Source: Nitrososphaeraceae archaeon
GTDB lineage: Archaea; Thermoproteota; Nitrososphaeria; Nitrososphaerales; Nitrososphaeraceae
NCBI GenBank assembly: GCA_035250975.1
Contig: DATFEP010000058.1
Span: 13,723-77,722, forward strand
Direction: 5' to 3'
Length of the DNA stretch: 64,000 nucleotides
The notes under the pieces were generated by a model that was given only the letters and a program-made list of their open reading frames with translations, searched no databases and was not told where the DNA came from. A program made the position numbers and the translations under genes. How positions within the stretch are numbered: the stretch's first letter is position 1; each line of letters starts with the position of its first letter. Of this stretch, positions 53,438 to 63,606 are shown piece by piece.

Positions 53438-54445
53438 TTATTCATCTAGCAATAATTGAAGCTCTGCTGGAGAAGGTTCTGTTTTTCTTTCGTATTTTGC
53501 AGATAGCAGTGTTGACGGTAATTTCAACCATATATAACTACCATCGTAATTCACAATATGCTTTTTTGGGATATAATACATATGAACATTCACAACTCCA
53601 TCCCTCACTATTAGGACATCGTTACCTACTCGGTCCACGTCACCCACGTCGACATCGTCGCTAGCTCTCACTTTTTTATGGATAACCTCTTCCCAAGGCA
53701 CATCTAATAATTCCTTGGATTTGTTTTCGCCCTGGACTTCTATGCCCGGCTCTTTTGCCATAAATGGTATTAATTCAGAATAGTCACCTTTTTCATATGA
53801 CAAATCAGATTCTAGGGGCGGACTGTCTCTTTCATATTTGGATTCGATTTCGTCCTTACTGAGAGATGAGTATACATGTTCACCATCATATTCTTTGAGA
53901 TATTTTTTTGGAATAAAATATCTATTCTTGTGGACTAATCCCTCTTCAACTTCAACAAAATGTTGGGCAACGCTCTTGATTTCTCCGACCTCTTTATCAT
54001 CGCTGGTTTTTACTTCCTTATTCAATAGCTCAGTCCAGCTCACACCCATCTCCTGTTTTGATACTGATTTTCCACCCTGGGAGTTCAGATTTTCTGTTTT
54101 TTCATAGCGAGGATGAATTCCTTGGTTGAAATCAGGATATTTTTCTTCAACATACGCCTTTCTTTCTTGGTACGATACATCGTCAATAAAGACGTCGGAT
54201 GTAGGAGGATGATCTTGATTTTGAAATTTTTCTTTGACTTCATTCTCTGTTAAAGAAATCCAAACATCGTCACCATCATAACTGTCAAAATAATACTTTG
54301 GTATAAAAAAATGGTCCTTCCCTATTGTTCCTTTTTCGACCTCAACAAAATGATTTAATACATTTTTTATTTTTCCTAAATCTCTATCATCAACAGATTT
54401 TATTTTTTTGTCTTTCGCTTTTTCCCATGAAAGATTAACTACCAA
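53438..54445 (-). CDS. Protein with three tandem PRC-barrel-like (DUF2171-like) repeats
   Basis: 3x W..(V)..K.V.(S).D..(D/E).G...G.....IPK.....YDG...(W/Y). Confidence 0.85.
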   Translation of the reverse strand: MVVNLSWEKAKDKKIKSVDDRDLGKIKNVLNHFVEVEKGTIGKDHFFIPKYYFDSYDGDDVWISLTENEVKEKFQNQDHPPTSDVFIDDVSYQERKAYVEEKYPDFNQGIHPRYEKTENLNSQGGKSVSKQEMGVSWTELLNKEVKTSDDKEVGEIKSVAQHFVEVEEGLVHKNRYFIPKKYLKEYDGEHVYSSLSKDEIESKYERDSPPLESDLSYEKGDYSELIPFMAKEPGIEVQGENKSKELLDVPWEEVIHKKVRASDDVDVGDVDRVGNDVLIVRDGVVNVHMYYIPKKHIVNYDGSYIWLKLPSTLLSAKYERKTEPSPAELQLLLDE

Positions 54446-54560
54446 TTTATCTGATCTTTGTTATGCAACATATGATATATTAGTTTAAGAATACTAACAA
54501 TATTCGTGATATTTAGAAAATTTAAGCCTTATATCCTTTGTGGACCAATAAAGATTGTAA

Positions 54561-54989
54561 ATGAATAAAGATAATTCCATTCCTGGTCCGACAATATTAT
54601 GGAGTGAAATAAAAGATCAAAAAGTAAAATCTGTAGATGGCAAAGATATGGGGAAAATAAAAGTCATTTCTCAAAATCACTTCATGGTGGAAAAAGGATT
54701 AACTAAAAAGACCAAATTCTGGATTCCAAAATTTCTGGCCGACGTATACGACGGTCAATGTTTATGGCTAAATATAGAAAAAAAAGACATAATTGACGCT
54801 TTTTATTATGACGAAGAACCTGAAATTCTACGACATCAAACAGATGTTTCTACCTTTAACACAAGATATGGGATTAATAAAACAGCTGATTCATATGAAA
54901 AGATACCTGTTGCCAAAAACAAAGATTCATCTGTTACTCAACAACACGGTTCAAAACAGCACTATAAGAATATAAGGGATCTAAAATAG
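54561..54989 (+). CDS. Single PRC-barrel-like repeat protein, divergent from the three-repeat gene
   Basis: WSEIKDQKVKSVDGKDMGKI...EKG...FWIPKFLADVYDGQCLW. Confidence 0.85.
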   Translation: MNKDNSIPGPTILWSEIKDQKVKSVDGKDMGKIKVISQNHFMVEKGLTKKTKFWIPKFLADVYDGQCLWLNIEKKDIIDAFYYDEEPEILRHQTDVSTFNTRYGINKTADSYEKIPVAKNKDSSVTQQHGSKQHYKNIRDLK

Positions 54990-55202
54990 AAACAAAAGAA
55001 AATATAATCCAATTTTGTTTGTTCTCGCATATTAAAATTATCGCAATTAAAGGTACCCTTTGATCTGGTCATTTAACTTTAAGACAATACATTAAGTCAG
55101 ATTGGTTTTTACGTTCTATTTGATATCTTCTTATTTCATTGAATTTGTATGGATAAAAATTCTTTTTTTAAAAAAGTCTACATCTTAGAATTCAATATAA
55201 CA

Positions 55203-57539
55203 TTAATTCACAATATGCTGATTAATAGGTAAAGTGAACACAAAATTTGCCCCTTTACCATTTCCATTATTCTCACCCCATATTTTGCCCCCGTGAGCTT
55301 GAACAATATTTTTAGAGATATACAATCCAAGGCCAGTTCCTTTTTCGGATCTAGTTACGAATTTTTTAAACAATCTCGGTAATATCGTTGGATCTATTCC
55401 TTTACCAGTATCTTGGATACTAATTATTATTTGACCCTCCGGACGATTTTTTATTTCAGTAGTTATTGTACCGTTCTCTGTAAACTTATAAGCGTTGCTT
55501 AATAGATTAGATACTACTTGCTGTATTCTATTTTTGTCTGCATGTATCGATAGTTTGTCTCTTTCTCCTTTGTCATCATCTAAATTACAATCTTTATTAT
55601 TATCATTATAGACTAATCTAAAATCATTATTATTTTTATTTCGGGATTTATTTGTAAAATCGTTTATTGTTTCTTTGATCAAATCATATATGTCGAATTG
55701 TTCCTTTTCTAGTTTTAAAGTATCGCTTTCGATTCTTGCTATCTCTAAAATGTGTTCTGTTAATCTATAAAGCCTTTCTGAATTTCTATCTAAAGGATCC
55801 AAGTACTTTTTAAAGTTTTCCGGTCTCATTTTTATCAGTTCCATATATCCTACTATCGACTGTGTTGGTGTCCTAAGTTCATGAGCTGCTATATTGATGA
55901 ATTCCTTTTGCATCTTATCATGAACTTGAAGTTGCTCATTTGCTTCTGTAAGTCTTTTATTTATTGTTGTAATTTCTTCGAGTGCTTTTTTTAGGTCAAT
56001 CGTGGCATCAGAAAGTTCCTCATTTGTAGTTCTTATATTTTCAAACAACTTCTTTTGTCTCCAAATTGTATCAAAAATAGAAATATATGAAAAAATTGTT
56101 GATTTTGCATTTGTGTATGTTGCAGATCCTATTGCTCGCCAGACCTCTTTTTGAGAATCGTCTTTTGTTTCTATCGCCAAAAGTTTTTTTCTATCCACAA
56201 TAACACAAGTCGTTTTAATTTTTGTAACAGATTCAATTTTTTTAAATTCAATATTCAATTTTTGTTTGTGACTTTTTTTATTCTTATTTGTCTCTAAAAT
56301 ATTCTTTATTCGTTGATCTACAATCTTATTAGTAGGAGTCAAGACTCTAAAATAAAATTTTGTATTAATACCATTTCTTATATTTACATTTGATCTTTTA
56401 GTGAGGGTTTCCCAAATTTTTAGATTATATTCTCTAAGAAATGCATTTACAGACGGCAAAATTAATAAAACCTCAAAGGTAGCATTGTTAATAAGCTTGA
56501 ATAGCAACTCTTGAGTCTTGTGTGTATTTTCTATTATTTGTGTAAATTCTTCCTCCTGATATTCTTCTTTACCCCGTTGCATATGGGATTTGACATCGTT
56601 TACCCTTAGAGAACCATCCAAACCTCGAGTCCAAAAATCTTCAAAAACTTTTTTATATTGCTTAAGTAAATTTGGCTCATTAGTAATAATAATATTTTGG
56701 GATGATTCATTATTTGTAAAAAAAGGATCCATAAAAATACTAACCATGTAGTCAGATATTATAAAATTTAGTGGAGGAAGCATATTTGAATGTTTTATCT
56801 GTATTCCACTATGAAGAAATTTTTCAGCCCAACGAACATTGTTCTTATTTATGGATGAGATGTATCTAATATTTCTAAAATTTAATTCTCCATGATTTTT
56901 AAATGCACACTCTATTATGACAGACGTATATTTAGATAAATTTTTAGCGTCAAGTCTAGGTAAATATATATCCAATTGTTCAGAAACATTATAATCTGTT
57001 TTAAAAAATGCTAAAGCCTGCGTTAGAGATTTTACCCGTTTGAAGTAGAATTCATCTCCTTTTTCCTGGATCTCTTTTCTTTCCTCGTTGATATCTCTCG
57101 CGTTCATCCACAGAGTTTCAAAAATATGTTCCTGTTTTTTTAATATCTGTTTTGTCTTACTATATAAGAATGGAGCAAAAATAAAGTATGAAGATATTGC
57201 TCCAATATTACAAAGAATTTCATTCTCATTTAGTACTAAAGCGTCAACAATATTGGGCAAATGTCTTACTTTTGCGACGGGCAAGAATTGTTTAACATAT
57301 AATAAATTCTCTTTTTTTATTTTTGTAATGTACCTAATCTTCACTCCTCTTTCGTAAGCTTGTTTACAACTATTCAATAAATGGTTTTTATGAGAAGAAT
57401 CCTCTAGAATATGATGACTTATACAAATATCTAGTTTTTCAGATGCGTTTTGTATTACATCTTCTATTCTTTTTAAAATATCTTCTTTTCCTTTTATAAT
57501 TTGTGTTTCAAAACAAATATTGGTTTCAATACTTCTCAT
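55203..57539 (-). CDS. Cytoplasmic sensor histidine kinase with repeated N-terminal sensory domains
   Basis: No TM segment; three related segments ending FETLW/FEDFW/FDTIW; AAHELRTP, NLLSNAYKF, DTGKG, GTGLGL. Confidence 0.94.
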   Translation of the reverse strand: MRSIETNICFETQIIKGKEDILKRIEDVIQNASEKLDICISHHILEDSSHKNHLLNSCKQAYERGVKIRYITKIKKENLLYVKQFLPVAKVRHLPNIVDALVLNENEILCNIGAISSYFIFAPFLYSKTKQILKKQEHIFETLWMNARDINEERKEIQEKGDEFYFKRVKSLTQALAFFKTDYNVSEQLDIYLPRLDAKNLSKYTSVIIECAFKNHGELNFRNIRYISSINKNNVRWAEKFLHSGIQIKHSNMLPPLNFIISDYMVSIFMDPFFTNNESSQNIIITNEPNLLKQYKKVFEDFWTRGLDGSLRVNDVKSHMQRGKEEYQEEEFTQIIENTHKTQELLFKLINNATFEVLLILPSVNAFLREYNLKIWETLTKRSNVNIRNGINTKFYFRVLTPTNKIVDQRIKNILETNKNKKSHKQKLNIEFKKIESVTKIKTTCVIVDRKKLLAIETKDDSQKEVWRAIGSATYTNAKSTIFSYISIFDTIWRQKKLFENIRTTNEELSDATIDLKKALEEITTINKRLTEANEQLQVHDKMQKEFINIAAHELRTPTQSIVGYMELIKMRPENFKKYLDPLDRNSERLYRLTEHILEIARIESDTLKLEKEQFDIYDLIKETINDFTNKSRNKNNNDFRLVYNDNNKDCNLDDDKGERDKLSIHADKNRIQQVVSNLLSNAYKFTENGTITTEIKNRPEGQIIISIQDTGKGIDPTILPRLFKKFVTRSEKGTGLGLYISKNIVQAHGGKIWGENNGNGKGANFVFTLPINQHIVN

Positions 57540-58618
57540 ACATTATTTGATAATATTAGGACCTTTTAGTTAATAATCATTTTAGATAATGGTTTGTTGC
57601 ATTCCTAAGGATCTATTCCTGTACAGACGCATTCGTTCTTCTGATTGCTTGATCGCACGCAAAAAGTGACTTATCCTATACCAGGACAGTTAAATTTTAA
57701 GTTCAAATTGTCAAACATGCATTTTTCTTGGTTTTTGAATTTACATTTCTGATACCGAAACGGTATTTACAAATCTGTTCTTTTGTTGTCTTGGAGTAAA
57801 AATAGACTTGTTTGATAGGTGGCACATAGGATCTTCATAAATCAATGCTCCTAAATTTTTGCATATTAGATCCATCATCCATCTAAAATGGATTTATTGC
57901 TACTATTAACTAATTTCTTTCATTTTTTTCCTCCACATCTTTTTAATTGAATATTTTCTACCAGTTTTTCTTTCTAAATCTCTTTTACCGTTTGAAGTCC
58001 ATGCTCATGATTTGTTTTTCTAAATTTACGATATGTTGTTTACCCTCTATCATGCGTCTGACAACATGTGTACTTTCTATTAAATGTGATTTGAATTTTG
58101 TTTCTATCATTGCCTAATTTAGAATGCAAAAACGCAGTTCAAATAAATACCACAAAAAATGAATATTGGAATTTTTCTTTCGATAAGTGGAGAGCTATTC
58201 TATGATCAGATTGTCTCCAATATCACTTTTAAATACTATGAGGCGTACTTTCAGAATAGAAATGATAAAACTAGACCTTCCTACTTTGTATAAACAAAAA
58301 CCTGACAGATTTTTAAAGTTAGTTCACTTTACTATTTCATATTTCGCAATCTTCGATTCACACTCAGAGGACGATAATTAAATGTTGGAATCAATACAAA
58401 TACAACGACTATTTATCCAGAATATCATTCCGATGGATCGCTTCAAATTCCTCCTAACGAGCTAATGAGCATAAAAATTTATGAAAAAGAATCAAAATTA
58501 TATATCCTTTTTGTTATCTAATATTACTATTAGTATTATATTTTATCTCTCATTTCATGTTGCTCTATCGAATCAAAATATAACATATTATAATGAATAA
58601 CGAGGTAAAGATAGAACA

Positions 58619-59644
58619 ATGCATAAAATTTTCTCTTATAACAAACATAATCTACAAGTAATAGACCAATTCAGTCTTGATGATTTACAAAATGAAAATA
58701 AAGTATGGATCGATATAGAAAATCCCACTTCAAAAGAAATATCATGGATTGAGGATACTTTTAATATAGATAACAAAATTGTCAAGCAATATTTAGCTGG
58801 GTCAAAAAAATCACAAATTAGAATCTTGGAAGAATATACGTTTACTTCAATAGTAAATGTAAAGTTCAAGAATTTGCAGACATTGACTACGCAGCCAATT
58901 TATATATTTCTTGGAAAAAATTGGTTGATAACAGTTCATTCATCAGAAATTAATTTAAACGAAAAAGTACATCAAATGTTTGATAATGATAAAACAATAG
59001 CCGAATCCTCGATAAAGATACTGTATTACAATATTCTTACAAAAATTATAGAAAATTATGAGCACTTACTTACTGCCATCGAAATTGCCCTGACTGATTT
59101 TGAGGAAAAATCATTATTTAATTATTCTATTGAAGTATTACGACAACTAAAGGATTTATCACACCAGTTGATTATGCTAAGAAGATATTTCTGGAAAGTG
59201 AGAGAAATTTTTAGCTTTTTAACATATCAGGAGCAGGAAATCGAAGCAAAACAAAATATAAAATATTTAAAAATACTTTACAATAATGTAGACGAATTAG
59301 TACATTTAATTGAATCATATAAAGATACAATAAACTCCATAAGAGAGCTTTATATAGCAAATGTTTCTCTACAAATGAACGACACAGTAAAGACATTAAC
59401 AATATTCTCTGCGATACTTTTACCATTAACGTTCATCACTAGTTTTTATGGGATGAATGGACTGGATTTGAACAATTTTTCTAGTTTACCTTTTGGAACG
59501 ATTTTGGTATCAATCACCATGGGAATAATCCTGTCAATTCTTATTTTATTTTTTAGAAAAAAACAATGGATTTTACGAAAGCGGGAAATCCCAGCTGATG
59601 CTTATAAAATTAAAGTTAACAGCAAAAATGAAAGTAGGACCTAA
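58619..59644 (+). CDS. corA: CorA-family Mg2+/Co2+ transporter
   Basis: WIDIENPT; MNDTVKTLTI; YGMN signature; two C-terminal TM helices. Confidence 0.95.
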   Translation: MHKIFSYNKHNLQVIDQFSLDDLQNENKVWIDIENPTSKEISWIEDTFNIDNKIVKQYLAGSKKSQIRILEEYTFTSIVNVKFKNLQTLTTQPIYIFLGKNWLITVHSSEINLNEKVHQMFDNDKTIAESSIKILYYNILTKIIENYEHLLTAIEIALTDFEEKSLFNYSIEVLRQLKDLSHQLIMLRRYFWKVREIFSFLTYQEQEIEAKQNIKYLKILYNNVDELVHLIESYKDTINSIRELYIANVSLQMNDTVKTLTIFSAILLPLTFITSFYGMNGLDLNNFSSLPFGTILVSITMGIILSILILFFRKKQWILRKREIPADAYKIKVNSKNESRT

Positions 59645-59715
59645 ACAGATTTTGCTTAACGGCTGTTACTATAAAATCAAATAATGGATTGGCTAATTTC
59701 ATATCCTGCCAATCA

Positions 59716-59997
59716 TTAATCCGTTGATATGTCATCTATCCAAATCCGTTGTATCAAATGCGCTGGAATCAATTCTCTTCTTAGAATATTATTTGAACTC
59801 TCTTTTTTATATAGAGTAACAGTCACGTAATCTGAAACTACCTGTACGTTTATAGTTTCACATGTTTTATCCAAACTAGAGACATCTAAAATTTTAACTG
59901 ATTCAATTAGTGGATCTGCACTTTTTTCTATAAAGCGGATTACTATATTTTTTACTTCTATTCCATGAAATTTTATTTTCGCTGATACATTATTCAA
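59716..59997 (-). CDS. Hypothetical protein
   Basis: 93-aa ORF, beta-rich pattern. Confidence 0.55.
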   Translation of the reverse strand: MNNVSAKIKFHGIEVKNIVIRFIEKSADPLIESVKILDVSSLDKTCETINVQVVSDYVTVTLYKKESSNNILRRELIPAHLIQRIWIDDISTD

Positions 59998-60599
59998 TAT
60001 TACTTAAAAGGATTGCAAAGGTAAAGAGGGTTTCGCTTTTACCATTTAATAATCAATTTTCATACAACTAATTTTAAGTGATGGATCAATTAACGTTACC
60101 TTCGATTATTTTTTATTTAAACTGAACTCAATTTGGTCAGTTAATTTTTTGCCTGATTTAATTATCATATCAAACTGTTCATAATCAGCAGAACCTATGC
60201 TAGATATAAAAGGGATATTACATGTAAACAAAGAAGGTTCTTCTGTCTGATTGTCTTTTGTGATGTTTTGTTGACACTGCAATGATAAATTTTTATTCCA
60301 AGAACAAATGTCGAGGGTTTTGTTTATTTCAGCTATTCCTGTTAACGTTGTATTCTGTTTTCTTAAATCTATAATGTCTTCAAATTTTTAGCATTTCTTT
60401 TCTTATTGTGTGATTCATCATAGCTGGTCTGAAAGGATTTTTTTCTATAGATTTTTATCTACAATTTAGTAGGACTTATTTTTATAACAATTTGTATATT
60501 TTGTAACTTTAGTTTTTATTATGAATTGATAGCACGATAAAGATGGTGGTTATATTGATCATTTTTACAAAGTATTCACATTTTAAAGATTGATATATT

Positions 60600-60860
60600 A
60601 TGTTGTACAATTATAAATGGAAAATGACAATAAAAAGAGAAAAAATTTTAAAAACTGAATTTAAAAGATTACCAATAATTAAAATAAGCATAATTATCAT
60701 AAGTACAGTACTATTTTTGATAAACCATCATGTAGACGAATCATTCCAGGAAAAAGGAATTGTATTAGTAGATCCGAAAAACGTCACCAATCAGACTTTA
60801 CAAGATGTGCCAACAGAGGATAAGGACATGTCTACTGGTCTAGAACATAAAAATGATTAA
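60600..60860 (+). CDS. Small membrane-anchored or secreted protein
   Basis: One hydrophobic segment followed by a hydrophilic tail; start uncertain. Confidence 0.5.
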   Translation: MLYNYKWKMTIKREKILKTEFKRLPIIKISIIIISTVLFLINHHVDESFQEKGIVLVDPKNVTNQTLQDVPTEDKDMSTGLEHKND

Positions 60861-61284
60861 ATAAAAATTCTCATTTAATTTATTTAATTTATTTTTAAAT
60901 GAATGTTAGGTTAAAGGGTGTGTGTGTTAATTTCAAATTTATTTTCAAATGAAAAGATCCTCCATAAAAAAAGAAATTAAGACTGTGAAAAAATTCAATA
61001 TTTCATTGAAGTATTTTTTAAAATTATTAATATATACATCAACTAAATTTACTTTAATTACACAAATTTAGGAGCCAATCGCTTGTATCTTACTATCTAA
61101 AGATAAGTTTAAAATCTGCATCTTGATATATTATTCAATCTGATTGATGCAAAATATCTCAATTTATTGGACGTCATTAAAATATATTATTTTTCCCAAT
61201 CATAAAAAAACAGAAAATCTAATATTTTCATAAGAACGATATATGAAATACGATGGTTATTAAGCATTGATCAGAAATAGATGT

Positions 61285-61580
61285 ATGCCAATAGATTTAG
61301 AATTTCCTAGAAATCATCATGTAATTGGGAAGCACTCTCTTTCTAATGGAAAGAATTTTCATTTGGTATGGGTTCCAGGGCGTTCTGATGCAGATGAACA
61401 AGTTCAAAAGGCATACAAAGAAAGAGGGGAACAATACTTACCTATATGTATCCACGTAACAAATCTGACCCGATAAGAGAACGTAATTGCATATATTATA
61501 TGGAGCGCGTTACCTTATGCCCTACACAATCTTTAAAAGTTGACGAAGCAAATACTCAAATTCATAAAAGATATTCATAA
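61285..61580 (+). pseudogene. Thaumarchaeal-type ferredoxin pseudogene with an internal deletion
   Basis: MPIDLEFPRNHHVIGKH...HLVWVPGRSDADEQVQKAYKERGEQYLP is joined out of frame to NKSDPIRERNCIYYMERVTLCPTQSLKVD, a degenerate CxxCxxCxxxCP. Confidence 0.75.
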
Positions 61581-61982
61581 AGAGTGGTAACAAGATTGCA
61601 AAATAAACGAGTAGGTGAAAATAATAATTAAATAAGATTTATAAAAAAACTTTGGTAAAGCTATATTTTAATACAGATAACATAATTTATCATAATAATA
61701 AAAAATATCAATAGAAACACTAGGATATTCAATAATCATAAAGAGCAAGGTTAATTCCCGCTTGGCTTATATAATTACCAGATCATGGAAAAAATCATTC
61801 AAAATAAGAATCTTTGTAAGGATAAGAGATCGAAGAATTATCAAATAGAAAATGTTTTGAAACTACATTTAGCCGATTCTGTAAGGAGTTTAATTATACA
61901 ATTTAGAAAACATTGGAGGAAAATTTATAATTGACATTCTAGAACCTCCTTCATATTTTGTATTTAACTAGATTTTATTTAA

Positions 61983-62495
61983 CTAACTGAACGATGTCGA
62001 ATTTATAGCTGTGGCATTTGCAATTTGTCCTCTTATTTCTCCATTAGGATAATCTACGGTGTGAACATTGATATAAGTCTTCAATTGTTTTATCTGACTC
62101 ACCACATCCTGCATAGATTTTCCAGCGAATGGTCCTTCCAAGTCGCTTGCCGTTATTGTTCCTTCGATTAGAGTTCCGTTAATGACATCGGTTGGAGTAC
62201 TTGAATTAAACAACGTCGCAATCACATCACCATTTTCTCCAAAACCACCTAAATGTATATGAGAAGCTTTAATTTGATCCAAATTTGTTACGTTTATTTG
62301 ATATTTCAAGGTGTTGTTATCATATTTTAGTACTGCAAACCCGCTAGAATTTGTTGTTACTGGTGGTACTTCTTCAAAGCCAACAAGGGGTGTGGTATAA
62401 ATTTCCTCTGTATAAGACATGACAATTGCTACCGAGAAAAGCATGAAAACTGATGCCAGGAATAAGCCAATGCCAGAATGATTGGAAAATAACAT
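61983..62495 (-). CDS. Secreted CHRD-domain protein
   Basis: LVGFEEVPPV, SHIHLG, YINVHTVDYPNGEIRGQI. Confidence 0.93.
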   Translation of the reverse strand: MLFSNHSGIGLFLASVFMLFSVAIVMSYTEEIYTTPLVGFEEVPPVTTNSSGFAVLKYDNNTLKYQINVTNLDQIKASHIHLGGFGENGDVIATLFNSSTPTDVINGTLIEGTITASDLEGPFAGKSMQDVVSQIKQLKTYINVHTVDYPNGEIRGQIANATAINSTSFS

Positions 62496-62966
62496 TAGAT
62501 AGATATGTTCAGCATTGTTTATAAGAATTATGTATCCTAATGTAGTAATCGATATTTAATAGGTTCGTCAATTGAAATACTAATTTTATCATTAATGGAA
62601 GGAAAAAGGTCTTTTAATATTTACCACATAATTTAAACCTGTTATGCCAATTTAATATAAAAAGTGGATTCTAAAATTAGTAGTAAATTAGTGTTTTATT
62701 TGCAAAGTTGAATTGTCATAATTAAGTAATTTGAAATGAAAGTAATTCATCGATAAACAGAAGCCGTATAAATATAACTTATATAATTTAGGAGAAGTCA
62801 GATTTAATGAAGGGAACCTGTCAAATTTGCTAAGCTGTAAATGTGAGCGTACAAAAAATAACTTCAAAAAATAATCAAGATAAATATCTCGATCATTGTA
62901 AAGATGAATAAAATAAAAAAAGAGGTTCGATAAGTTTCATCAAAAGCTTTTTTCAACGATCATCTA

Positions 62967-63119
62967 TTATCTTTTTTTATTCTTTCTTTTTATTTTTCCA
63001 CTCATGCTTGCGTTACATACAGCGTACGGATTTGCCTTGTCTCCCGATTTGCTCTCCACTTTTTCAACGCACCTGTCAAACTTTTTGGAATCGAGTCCCT
63101 TCTTGATACCACGAGGCAT
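62967..63119 (-). CDS. 50-aa basic protein with a Cys pair; not in the ORF track
   Basis: MPRGIKKGLDSKKFDRCVEKVESKSGDKANPYAVCNASMSGKIKRKNKKR*; CTTAATTA box upstream; GC-richer than its flanks. Confidence 0.75.
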   Translation of the reverse strand: MPRGIKKGLDSKKFDRCVEKVESKSGDKANPYAVCNASMSGKIKRKNKKR

Positions 63120-63606
63120 ACATATAATATCACAACATCATTAATTAAGATTAAATGAAGAAATGGTATTGATTCAATAACTAAAATACATTTAGAGACA
63201 GATCAAGAAATTTAATACGATATTTTAATTAAATTAAACGAATTGTACGAATGAAATAGAATATCGTTAATTTCTCAAATTAATTAAGGAGAAATTACAG
63301 ATGTCGTTAAAATAGTACCAAAATCTACAATATATATTTTGAATTTTAAATGACATAGAATATTAATTAGTGTTGTGAAAAATAACAAAAATATCTAAAA
63401 AATAAATAATAAAATAAACTATAAGAGGAAACGATGTTATATTGTCTATGAGGGTCTATTATTTACTAATATAATACGATATAAAAATAGACGACCAGAA
63501 TTATAAACATTGGACCCTAAGGCTCAATTATTTGTTAAATATGTTAAAAAGTGAGTTATGACTTAAAGTATAAAATCATCATATACTTTGTTATCAATAG
63601 TATAGT

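Noticed and set aside
57690-58500. Possible decayed coding fragments (also near 15200-15410, 50190-50400 and 60100-60420)
   Set aside because: The short broken frames could not be assigned to any family without a BLASTX search.
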